Position numbers and translations under genes: made by a program. From Blastocladiella emersonii ATCC 22665 (lineage: Eukaryota; Fungi; Blastocladiomycota), in assembly GCA_025594325.1 (NCBI GenBank), contig JANHCV010000005.1:1612001-1676000 (forward strand): a stretch of 64,000 nucleotides of DNA, written 5' to 3'. Below are positions 47,527-58,875 of the stretch, piece by piece (the stretch's first letter is position 1; every line of letters begins with the position of its first letter). Below the pieces are notes generated by a model. The model saw only the letters and a program-made list of their open reading frames with translations, made no database searches and had not been told where the DNA came from.

Positions 47527-50468
47527 TCACCACATCCCATACCCGCCGCCCGCGCCATACCCTTCGTCGCCGGCCGCACCGTACTCCTGCGTCGCGCCGT
47601 CCTCGCCGTACGAGATGAGCGGCGCGTTGACCGGCGCGTAGCCTCCGCCGCCAGAACCGCGTCCACCGCGCCCACGACCCCTACCTCGTCCACGGCTTCC
47701 ACCACGGCCTCGCCCTCGCCCGCCGCCGCGACTCGACCGCGACGAAGACGTCGCCTTGCCCGCGCGGCCTGAGTTGCGGCCGGTCCCGCCGCGTGAGCTG
47801 CCGCGTGTCGAGGAACGGTCGCGGTTCGATGACGACTGTTGTTGCTGCTGTTGTTCAATGGGCGGCCCGTCGTACCACTCGAAGAATCGGCACCGCGCGG
47901 CCTGGGTGTTGGCGGAGCACCCGTAGAACTGGCGGCCCTTGTTGGGCCCGTCCTTGGCCACGGTGAGCAGCGCGGCGGACACGTTGCACCCGCACAGCGG
48001 GACGGGCGGGGTCGAGGTGTCGTCGACCTAATTGCGGAGAGCGAGCGAGGTGTGAGTGAACGAAGGGCGAGGGTGATCGGGAGAGTGAGGGAACGGACCG
48101 TCGTGAACAGGTTGTAGTACCCGTCCGCGAGCTGTGACTGCTGCTGCTGCTGCGGCCCGCCATACCCGCCGCCGGGTGGGCGCGGGCGCGGCGGCTGGAA
48201 CGGTTGCTGGAAGTTGTTGCCCCCGCCGAAGCCTGTACCGCCGCCGAATCCAGGACCACCGCCGCCGCCAGGTGGAAGCCGAGGTGGACCACCGAACCCG
48301 CTGCCGCCGAACCCGGGACCGGGCGGGCGCGGCTGGAACCCACCACCGCCGCCGCCTGGTCCGCCCGGCGGTCGAGGCTGGAACCCGGCACCGCCGCCGC
48401 CCGGTCCGCCCGGCGGCCGTGGTGGTGGTCGTGGTGGTTGCTGCTGCGGTCGCACGGGCGGCGGGGGTCGAGGTCGCAGCTGCCCGCCTCCTCCACCACC
48501 CCCAAACCCTCCACCCCCGCCGCCCCCGCCACCTCCGCGCGGCGGCAAGTTCTGCGGCGCGCGGCCGAGCTGTTCGGCGAGCTTCTCCTCGATCTGGTAC
48601 GCGCGGACGACGGTTCGGCGGTAGACGGACTGGAACTCGCGGAGCGCGTCGGCGACGACGCGGTCGGGGTCAGCGACGCCGTTGCAGATAGCGACGAGGT
48701 TGGCCTCGAGGTGGGCGCGGAGGTGCGGTTTCGCGAGCGAGAGGGTGGTGACGGCGTCCATGCCCTCGACGAGGGCGATGCCGAGGGCCGAGGGGGCGAG
48801 GAGGACCGCGCCGCCACCGTTGCGCTTCTCGACGTAGTTGCGGTCGACGACCTTTTTGATATGCTCGTGGATCGTCGCGTCGGTGCCGATCCCGTTCGCG
48901 TCCATGAGCGTGATCAGGTCGGCCTCGGTGAGGAGCGACGGCGGCGAGGTCTCGCCCGCGACCATCTCGCACACGGCGGGCACGAACTGCTCGCCGGGCA
49001 CAAAGTCGGGGATCTCGGACTCGGACCACCGGTCGTACGGGTACACGTCGAGGTAGTTGCGGGCGTAGATGACGAGTCCCGACGCCGAGAAGTGCTCGCC
49101 GGCAATCGCGAGCGTGACCTTGGTCTCGCGGCCCTGGGCGTCGCGCGAGCACGCCGCGAGGAACCGTCGAGTGATGAGCTCGTAGACGCGGCGCTCTTCC
49201 CCTTGAAGGTGCGGCGCGGCGCGTGTCGGGTGCACGGGCGGGTGGGCCTTGTCGTTCTTGGGCCCGCGGCGCGGGCGCGCGAACCCGTCGCCGTGCAGGA
49301 GGTGTCCGGCGAACCCGCCCCACGCCGGGTCCCCCGCCTGCTGCTCGATGAGCGGGCGCAGGTCAAACGCGTCCTCGAACACGTTGGTCTCGGTACGTGG
49401 GTAGCTGACGAAGCCCTGCTGGTACAGGCGCTCGGCGACGGCCATGACGCGGTCCGACGACATGCGGAGGGACTTCACACCCATCTTCTGCAGGTCGACG
49501 GTGGCCATGGGTAAGGGCTTCCAGCGCGATTTGGGTTTCGCGTCGACGGCGGTCACGGTGGCGAGCGGGTTGGTCGCGCACAGCTCGAGCAGGACGAGGC
49601 ACAGGTGCTGGTCGAAGAGGCGGTCGCGCGCCCAGTGGAAGGTGCAGCGGACGGGCGGGTTGTTGGGAGTGGGCGGCGGGCGCTCAACAACAACAACGAT
49701 TTTCCAAAACGGCTCGGGCACGAAGCGCTGCAGGCGGCGGTACGCGTCGACGACAAACCCCAAAGTCGGGAACTGGCACGAGCCGTAGCTGAGGATCTGC
49801 TCCTGCAGGTCGGCGAAGCGGTTCTGGAAGCGCAGGGTGAGGAAGCGCGTCAGGGCGGCGCCGATCCGCAGGTCGAGCTCGGAGCGGGCGTCGACGGCGG
49901 CGGCGGCGCGCAGGTCGAGCTCGTGCAGGTTGGTCATGGCGGCGTGGATCTCGCGGTGCTGGATGACCGAGAACCGGGCGCGCTTGACGACGAGGTTCGG
50001 GTTGGCGCCGCGGCACGCGTTGGCGATCTCGAGGCCAATGTTCTCGCCCTCGCGGTCGCAGTCGGTCCAGATGACGAGCAGGTGCGCGGCGCGGGCCTCG
50101 ATTTCGAGGTTGGCGAGCACGTCCGTGTGGTCCGGGTTGACGGCCTTGACAACGGGCGCGTGGAACAGCTCCTCGGGCGGGCACGAGCGCCAGTTGCGGT
50201 TGCCGCCCGTGAAGTCGGTGCCCATTAGGTGGCCGAGGACGGACGTGACGACGACGCGCGCGTTGACGGTCGGCGCCGGGTTGCGCGCGCGCGCCCGCGC
50301 GGCCTGCGGGTTGACGAGGGCGAGCAGGGCGGCCGGCATGCGGTACGGGAACTCAAAGTTCTTGCAGTAGCGGTGGCGGCCGTTGCGCGTGCGCATGCCG
50401 CCGCCCGACAGGATCTCGGACACGGACTTGGCGATCGACGGCTTCTCGGCGACGCAGAGGATGTTCAT
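47527..50468 (-). CDS. TOP3: DNA topoisomerase III (type IA) with Gly/Pro linker, GRF zinc finger and RGG tail, ~956 aa
   Basis: Exons 50468-48099 and 48027-47527 (71-nt intron). TOPRIM VAEKPSIA and WTDCDREGENI; catalytic GFVSYPRTET; GRF finger CGC..GPNKGRQFYGC..CRFFEW. Confidence 0.95.
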
Positions 50469-51316
50469 GGTTGTGTGTTCATGGCGTTTGCTGCTGCGTT
50501 GCGCTGACGAGGAGGAGAGAGGAGAGGAGCAGGAGTGGCGAACGCGGCGCGCGAGACAGCGAGGGACTCCTTCAGCAGCGATCGCGCGCGGTCACCTGGC
50601 GCGCACGCGGCGGGCATCGCGCCCATCGGGATACGCGCCATACGCGGATGGATGCTTGTGCGCCACGCGCGTGCGCCACACGCCCTTAAGCCGCGCTTAC
50701 GCTGCCGTGACCGCGATTAATTGGGCGGCGCCCACGCGCGTGCGCAAGTCGCGTCAAAGGAGTCGGGAGCGGAGTCGGGGTCGGAGAGCAGAGCTCGGGG
50801 CGTGCGCGTTCCCACGGTCGGTCTCGCGAGAATCCCCAGCCCGCGCTGTGCAGCCGTGGCCCACGCTCGCTCTCTCTCTCTCTCTCCCACCTGTCGTGTG
50901 AGACCGGAGCACGGAACATCGTGGACCCGCTCCCGCAACGTATCGAATTATTGAGACACCCGCCCGCTCTTGCACTTGCACACCGCACCCGCGCCCGCCA
51001 TCGCCATCGTCACGCTCGGCCCGCCCGCCGCCGTTTCTGCGCTGGTCGGCCTGCTTCGCTCCATCACCGCCCCTCTGCGACCCGCAAAGACGCCGTGAAG
51101 CGCTCCGTCGTCACTCGCGGCATTCCCGGCAGCTGCGCCCGCCTGCGCCCGCCGGCTGCATTCGTTGCACCTCCACCGACCTCGTCCCCTTCGCCGCCGA
51201 GCTACTCCGAGGTACATGCGCCCTGACCCGCCCGCACTTATCGCACTGGATCGCTCACGCCCGTCCCTCCCCCGCGTAGCCCCTGACCGCCCATCCGCGC
51301 GCTGCACACGCTGGGC

Positions 51317-54300
51317 ATGGACCCACCACCCGCGGCCCCGCCGCCGTCCTCTTCCTCCTCGGCGACCCCGGCCTCGCTCGTCCCGCCCTCGGTCGCCAAC
51401 CCCGGCGCTGCTGCCCGCGGCCGCCGCCCGCGCGCCCTCACCCTCGCCACCGCCACCGCCACGCCCAATGCGTCCTACACGCTGACCAGCGCCCTGCTCG
51501 GCCCGCCGCTGCCCCACTCGGCCGTCGCGCCCGCCTTCGGGTCCGGCGCTAGCACCCCGAACGGCGGCGGCTTCCTCGTGTCGCCCGGCGGCAACCGCAT
51601 GCCCGCCCAGCACGCCCACATGCCCGTCCCGCCCTCGCCGCTCTCGTCGCACGCCCCCGGCCACCACGCGTCGGCCGGTAACGGCGGCGGCATGTCGAAC
51701 CTCGGCATGATGCTTGGCCTCGGCTCCGGCAGCGGTTCGGGTGCGGGCAACGGGTCCTCGTCCCGCGCGCCGCGCTCGCGCACCGTCTCGCTCACCGTGC
51801 GCACCGACATGTCGAGCTCGACCGGCTACGGCGGCCTGCACAACGGCCCGCTGTCCGCGTTCGGCCCTTCCACCACGTCGTCCTCGAGCACCCTGCACCA
51901 CCCGCACCCCCTCCAGCACCAGCAGCAGCACCCACTCTCGGCCTACCCGACCACCTCGCTGCACTCGCCCGCCCACCTCTTCTCGCCCTCGGCCACCTCC
52001 ACCTGGGGCCACGCCACCGCCGCCACCATGAGTGCCGGCCTCGCGCCCCCGCAGCCCCTCTCCCCGCTCCTCTCCACCTCGGCACCCTCGCACTCGCACC
52101 TCGACCAGTTCCTCTACGGCGCCGGCGGCGGCGGCAACGCGGGCGCGCTCCCGTCGCCCCGCGGCTTGCCCACCTCGGCGAGTGCCGCCAGTTTCGCCGC
52201 CTCGGCCTCGTCGAGCAACGCGAGCCTCAACGCCGGCCCCGGCCCGTCCTTCCTCCACCACCCGCACCACCCGCACGCCGGCGCGAGCGACCCGGACCTC
52301 CGCCTCCGCCAGCGCACCCTCTCCTCGAGCCGCGGGCTCGGCGGGCTCCCCGGCCTCGGCCGCCACCTGTCGCTCTCCTCGCTCGCCGACCAGGACCCGT
52401 CGGCTGCCGCTGCGGCTGCTGCGGCGTCCGGCTCGGGTGAGTATTACGGCACCTCGCCCGCTGAGAACGCGAGCTACCTCATGATGCGCCGCGCGGGTAA
52501 CGGTGGCACCGCGTCCGACTCGGACCTCGCCAAGCTGCTCTCGCTCGACAATCTCGGCGGTTCGGGTGCCGCTGGTCTCGACTCGGACTCGGGCACCCCC
52601 GAGACCACGGACCGCGCCGTCGACGACGATGACGATGACGACGACGACGACGTGCTGCGCACCTTCAACTACCTCGGGATCGACGACCTCGAGCACGCGA
52701 CCGACTCGGACGAGCTCGACGACCAGCGCAGCAAGGGCGCCGACTCGAGCACCTCCTCCTCCGCGTCCTCGTCGCACGGGCCCGCCGCGCCCTCCGCGGT
52801 CCCTGCGGCCCTCGCGCCATCGTCGCGCCGCGCCCCGCCGCCCGCGCACCTCCGCCTCACCCCGACCGCGACCACTGCGCCCGTCCGCCACCTCCCCGGC
52901 TCGCTGTCCGCGACGCTCCCGCCGTCGCCCGGCGGCGCGCGCAACCCGCTGTCGTCCCTCGCCCCGCCCACCTCGGCCGCTGCGCCCGTCCCCGCGCGCA
53001 CCCGGTCCATCTCGCTCCTCTCGGCCAACGGGACCGGGATGGGCATGGGCCCCGTGATCGGGAGTAACAGCACCGCCGAATGGCCCACCAGCAACGCCGA
53101 GTGGGTCGGCGGCACCTCGTACGAGCTCCCGCCGCCGTCGCCCGCATCCGCGATGATGAACATGGCGCCCAACGGGGCCAGTGCGGCGGCGGCCGCGATG
53201 AACGTGCCGGTTTCGGTCGCGTCGCCGCGGTCCGCGTTCGCGGCCCAGGCCCCGCCCGCGATCCCGTGGCAGGTCCCGGGCCGCAACGGCGGGCAGGGGA
53301 ATGGGATGATGCAGGTGCCGTCCGAGGTGCGTTTTTTCTTCGCGTGGTGTTGATTATGAGTCGCTGACTCGTGAACTTGACTTGTAGCCCGGATTCAACC
53401 CGCGCGGGCTCGGATTCGCCCAGCAGCAGCAGCAGCAGCAGCAGCAGCCGTCGCACTCGCAGACGCAGCACATTCTGCCGCACCACCACTCGCCCGCGCA
53501 GCACCCGCACCCGTCGCACCAGTCGCACCAGCAACACCAGCACCACGGTCATCACCACCACGCTCACCATCACCACGGCGCCGGCTCCGCGTCGCCCGCG
53601 CCCGCCTCGGGCGACCATACCGCCGCCGCCGCCGCCGGCACCAAGGTGAGCGGCCCGCACGGCCACCCGCAGACACCGACGCGGTCGCTGTGGATCGGCA
53701 ACCTCGACACGTCGCGCGTCGGGTCCGACGAGCTCATGGCCGGCTTCGCCCCCTTTGGCGCCGTCGAGTCCCTGCGCGTCCTCCCCGACAAGGACTGCGC
53801 CTTCGTCAACTACTTTGCCCTCGACGACGCGCGCCGCGCCCGCGCCGAGATGCAGGGCCACGTCCTCGGCGGGCAGCCCATCAAGATCGGGTTCGGCAAG
53901 GTCGCCAAGGCCGAGCAGTTTGGCGCTAGCGCCGCGGCTGCCGCTGCGGCGGCGGTGGGTGCTGGTGCGCGTGGACCGGGCGCGGTGTATGGCCGCTCTG
54001 TGGGAACGCAGCAGCAGCACGGCGGGTTCCAGCAGCAGCAGTACCCCGCGCCGGCCAACGGGACCAACGAGTCGGCGCCATCGCCGTCGGGCTCTGGGTC
54101 CGGCTCCACCGGCGCCGGCGCGGCCGCGAGCCGCGACCGGTCGGCGACCAACGACCGCGACCACGGCATGGCCGACAACAACACGCCGTCGCGCGCGCTG
54201 TGGGTTGGCAACCTGCCGCCCAACTTCACGGTGCAGCAGCTGTCGTCGCTGTTCGCCAACTTTGGCGCCATCGAGTCGTGCCGCATCCTCACCCACAAGA

Positions 54301-56237
54301 ACTGCGGGTTCGTCAACTACCTGCGCGAGGCCGACGCGATCCACGCGCGCCGCGTCATGCACGGCCGCGACGTCGGCGGTGGGACCGGGTTCCAGGTCCG
54401 CATCGGGTTCGCCCGCGTCCCAACGTCCCCGCCCAAGCAGCCGAGCGGCGTGGATGTCAACACCACGCTGCTCACGAATATCAACGGGACGCTCGTGCCT
54501 GGGATCATGCCGTATTTCGGTGGTGCGAATGGGGGTAATGGGCCCGTGCCCAACGACGGCGGGTTCCTCGGGCTCGGCGTCGACCCGCAGCAGCACCAGC
54601 AGCAGGGCCCCGTGCGCCGTAACTCGGGCGGCACGCTGTTTGGCGACGCGCTCGACGGCGTCGGCGTCGACCCCGACTCGCCCGCCGCCGCGACGCAGAA
54701 CCTCCAGGACGACGACATCTCGCCGCTACTCGCCCCGACGCCCGCCGTCGCGCCTGCCGTCGCCGACGCGCTCACGCTCGACCCGGCCGCGGGCACCGCC
54801 GCGCACATGACGGTCCCGCACGAGGGCGTCGAGCGGCGCGTCGACCAGGCCAAGGTGCGCGAGCTGCGCCGGCGTCTCGACGCGGCGGCTGGCGCCGACG
54901 ACCTCGCGCCCGTCTTTGAGCAGTGTCTCGCGGACGCCGAGGACCTGTCGCTCGACTACGCCGGCAACACGGTCCTGCAGCGGCTCATCGAGCGCATCAA
55001 CGCGCCGCAGCTCGCCGCGCTCGCCGCTGCCCTCGCCCCCGCGCTCCCGACCGTCGCCGTCCACAAGCACGGCACCTGGGTCGTCCAGAAGCTCATGGAC
55101 GGGATCCACGCGTACCTCGCCGAGGACAACAACGGTGACGCGGCGCCGGTGGATCCGACAGATGCCGCCGTCGCGCGCGGCGCGTCCGCGGCCCTCGTCG
55201 ACGCCATCACCCCGTACCTCGCGTCCATGCTGTGCGACCCGTTCGGCAACTACGTCGTGCAGTCGGCGCTCAAACTGCCGACCGCCGCCGACCGCGTGTT
55301 CGCCGCCGCCGCGGCGCACATCGCGCCCGTTGCCCAGGGCCGGTTCGGCGCCCGCGCGCTCCGCGCGTGCCTCGAAGCCCCGCACGCGACCGCGAGGCAC
55401 CGCAAGGATGTCGCTGCCGCGCTCCTCGCCAGCGCCGCCGAGCTCGCGCCACAGGTCCACGGCGCCCTCCTGTTCACGTGGCTCATCGAGGCGTCGCGGC
55501 TTCCCGGCCGCCGTGCCGCCGCGGCCGCGGCGTTCATCCCGTGTATCGTCCCGCTCGCGACCAGCAGGACCGCGGCGCCGCTCGTGTACAAGCTCGTCGC
55601 GCAGGCCGCCGAGCCCGACGCGCGCGATGCGATTGTCCGCGAGCTGTTCTTTGGTCTCGCGACCACCGCGCCAGCGGCGACGGCTGCGGCTGATGCGGGC
55701 AAGACCGACGACGCCGCGAGCGATCCCGCCACCGCAGCGGCGCTCGGCGACCTGACGGTGCTCGACCAGGTCCTCGCCGACCCGCACGTCGGGTTCCCGC
55801 TCGTCCACCGCATCCTCGCCACGTGCATCCCGGACCCGGCCGCGCGCCCGCCGCTCGTCGACCGCGTCGGCGCCGCCATGGCCCGCCGCGCCGCCGCGTT
55901 CCCCGTCTACCCGCCCGCCTTTTTCCCGCCCCCGCCGCCGCACCACCACCACATGGCGCACCACCATCCGCACCCGTTCTTTGCCCCGCCGCCCGGCATG
56001 TTCCCCGGCGCCGCGAACGGCGGCGGGCAGTTTCATCCGATGATGATGCACCCGATGCACCATCAGCAGATGCAGATGATGATGGGTAGCGGCGGCGGCG
56101 GTGGATCGGGTGGACCGCCGCCCGGGTTCGGCGCGGTGCCGCCTACGTGGTCGCAGCAGTTCCACGCGCAGCAGCAGCACCAGCAGCAGCAGCGCGAGGA
56201 CGCGGCGTTGGCGGACGCGGATGCCGTGTCGGCGTAG
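51317..56237 (+). CDS. JSN1: RRM + Pumilio-repeat RNA-binding protein (Jsn1/Puf2-like), ~1619 aa
   Basis: Exons 51317-53326 and 53388-56237. Two RRMs (RSLWIGNL..CAFVNY; RALWVGNL..CGFVNY). PUF repeats DYAGNTVLQRL, HKHGTWVVQKL, DPFGNYVVQS and GRFGARALRACLE. Confidence 0.9.
53421..53447 (+). repeat. (CAG)9 polyglutamine microsatellite in the Puf gene
   Basis: Read directly; in frame as Q9 in exon 2. Confidence 0.9.
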
Positions 56238-57284
56238 TGTGTCTCGGTCGTGTACCATCCCCTCCCCCTCTCGTTTCTCTCCCGTATCCCTCCCTCTCTA
56301 CCGAACTACCTAATCCTAGGAGTAGCCCCATTCGCCTGTTCCCGCCCGCTCCCCAACCTCCCTCCGTCCCTCCCGCCCCGTCCTTGTCAGCCTCACTCAG
56401 TTCTCACTACCACCACCACTCCCAGTTTTATTTGATTCGTTTTTGATCCAACCCGACTGAACCGCGCTCGTCAGCTCTCACGCGCATCGCGAGAAGCGCT
56501 CCAACGTCTTCGTGGCCGCTGGGCTTGTTGCTTCCCGCCACGTACTTGGCGATGACGGCCGAGGCCTAGCTGCGCGATGAGCTTGACCGGCCGGGGCCGA
56601 TGCGGGCGCTGTTCGAGACACAAACGCATGTGTGATCCACGAGGGGAAGGAACGGAGGTCAAACTCGAAATCGTCGAGACGGAGCTGCTTGACATGTACC
56701 AGCTGGACGAATCTTATGATGGATGTTGGGAGGTTGTCGTGGATGCGTGGTCGAGCGGGGTCCGAAGAGGATCTGCTCAAGCGGATGATGGCCAAAGCGA
56801 CCATGGCGACTGATCGACAATCAGGACTTCGAGCTCGAGTTCACCAAGGAAATCGCCATGATCCAGCGCGCCATCATCATCGCCATCGATCGTTGGGAGG
56901 AGCTGGCGTGTGGGTGAATTAGCGGTTAGCGACGCCGGGTTCAAGCGGGCCGCGCGAGTCGCGCGGGTACTAGGCCAAAGTAAGCTGAAGGAACATCGTG
57001 GAGCGCGGGTGGAGCGGGCGGGGTTGCAGGGGTGACTGCAGCGTTGAGGCAGGGTTCTAATCCGCTGCCGAAGTGGAAGGTTCGAGTTGAATTTCCTCAA
57101 TACGCCCTGTGGTCAGCCAACTTCGGTCACACTGGCCCCGTCCGCTGAGAAGCAAGCGCTCCACACTCCCTTCCCGGTTGGTAAGATAATAGACATTAAG
57201 ACATTTGATTTCCCTTTTCTCGTTTCTTTTGATCGACCTTTTTCTTTGCACGCGTGTGCGAATCGGCGTGGTCGCGGGGGACGG

Positions 57285-57324
57285 GAGACGCGTCGCTAAA
57301 ACACGTGTGCGGTGCGAGACGCGT
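57285..57324 (+). promoter_or_regulatory. Composite module GAGACGCGT-N8-CACGTG-N8-GAGACGCGT upstream of the SMP-like pair
   Basis: GAGACGCGT at 57285 and 57316, CACGTG at 57302-57307. Spacer sequences differ from the 47281 copy but the lengths are identical. Confidence 0.6.
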
Positions 57325-57654
57325 CGCGCCACAGCGGTGCCTCCTGGTCTGCGCCGGGGCCGTGACCGCACCGCCGATCACTACCGATCCTCCGAGGTCC
57401 GCGTTCGAACTCGTCGGCGGCGGCACCGGCCTTGACGCGCCTTGGACAGCAGCTCGACACCGACCTCGGCCATGTCGCTCGTCCCGGTTCGCGGCCTTCA
57501 AGTAGCGAGCGCCGGAGGGCGGGCTGCCCTTCTCCCAGCAGACGCGACCAAGCCGACCATCGTGCAAGCAGACCACGCTCTTCATCTACACCAAGCAGCT
57601 CGATCCAGCGAGCTCGCCAACTTCAAGTTCGACCACCTCATCTTCATCATCACC

Positions 57655-57978
57655 ATGGGCAAGGGAGGGAGCACCGGCGGCGGCGGCGGTGGCGGCAAGG
57701 GCGGCTCGTCGTCCTCGTCGCACGGCGGCGGCCACGGCGGCAGCGGGGGTGCCAAGTCGGGCGGCGGCGGCGGCGGTGGGTTGTCGGGTCGCAGCGGCTC
57801 GGGCTCAGGCGGCGGCGCCAAGAGCGGCGGCGGCGGCCACTCGTCGTCGTCGTCGTCGTCCATGACCAAGGGCGACTCGTCGCGCATCCAGTCGTCGCAG
57901 GCGACGCACGGCCACGACGTCGGTGCCGGCACCTTTGCCTCGCGCGCGCAGTCGGCGGGCGACCGCGCCGGCCACTAA
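57655..57978 (+). CDS. Small Gly/Ser-rich hydrophilic protein with fungal SMP/LEA-like C-terminal motif, 107 aa
   Basis: CACCATGG start context; MGKGGS..; C-terminus MTKGDSSRIQSSQATHGHDVGAGTFASRAQSAGDR resembles small fungal SMP-domain proteins. Confidence 0.75.
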   Translation: MGKGGSTGGGGGGGKGGSSSSSHGGGHGGSGGAKSGGGGGGGLSGRSGSGSGGGAKSGGGGHSSSSSSSMTKGDSSRIQSSQATHGHDVGAGTFASRAQSAGDRAGH

Positions 57979-58324
57979 GGTCGGCGGTGTCAAGCAGGAG
58001 CGCGCTCGCGAGCGCGAGCGGAGCCTCGTTTGTGATGTGAATTTGTACAGTCGTCGTGTCGGAATCGAACCGCAGTCGTTTGTGTGTAAGCTGTCTCATC
58101 TGCGAGGTCAAGTGAGTCGCTGGCCAACGCGAACTTGGTGTTCGCTGAGGCGGCGGCCGTCGCGTTTGAGGCTGGCCAGCGTTGAAAAGCGCGCCCGACC
58201 GCGACCACCTCCCCTCTCTCGGAATGCAGACCCGGCCGAGAGCCTACACGTAGCTGATCTCGAACCGCGACCGCGCACCCGCGAGTCTCACCAAGTCAAC
58301 CTCACAATCGACACGACCATCACC

Positions 58325-58678
58325 ATGGGCAAGGGCGGCAGTGCAAGCAGCGGCGGCGGAGGTGCAGGTCGCGCAGGCGGCGGCGGCGGCGGTGGAGGCC
58401 ATGCATCGGCCGGTGCTCGAGGCGGCCCCGCGCAGCACAGCGGAGGCGGCCATCCCGCGGGCGGTGGCGGCGGGCACAAGGCCGCGTCATCCACGACGTC
58501 GTCCAAGACCTCGACCACGTCCTCGACGTCGACGTTCCCGATCACCAAGTCCGAGGTCGCGCGGATGCAGTCGCGCCACGCGCACCTCGCGCACGACGTG
58601 TCGCGGCTGCAGTCGCAGGCCGACAAGCAGGTCCACGCCAAGGCGCAGCAGCAGGCGCAGGCGCACAAGGCAAAGTGA
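58325..58678 (+). CDS. Tandem paralog of the SMP/LEA-like protein, 117 aa
   Basis: Same CACCATGGGCAAGGG start, Gly-rich N-terminus, and ITKSEVARMQSRHAHLAHDVSRLQSQADK. Confidence 0.72.
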   Translation: MGKGGSASSGGGGAGRAGGGGGGGGHASAGARGGPAQHSGGGHPAGGGGGHKAASSTTSSKTSTTSSTSTFPITKSEVARMQSRHAHLAHDVSRLQSQADKQVHAKAQQQAQAHKAK

Positions 58679-58780
58679 AGGCGGCGATGCACTGAGCTGT
58701 TGCTGTCTGTAGTGATTCATGTAATCCGAGTCCTTCTTCTTCATGAGCTTCGTGTGGTCGCTGAGAAGCGGTGACACGCG

Positions 58781-58794
58781 CGAAACGCGTCTCG
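58781..58794 (-). promoter_or_regulatory. CGAGACGCGTTTCG 14-mer (reverse strand) upstream of the 58876 gene
   Basis: CGAAACGCGTCTCG is the exact reverse complement of 47280-47293; about 80 nt upstream of ATG 58876. Confidence 0.5.
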
Positions 58795-58875
58795 CGCTCA
58801 TCATCGCGTCGGCCAGCCGCGCGCGCTTTCCTCTCTCCCCTCTTCCCTCGAGCTATACAGCCACGATACACCACC

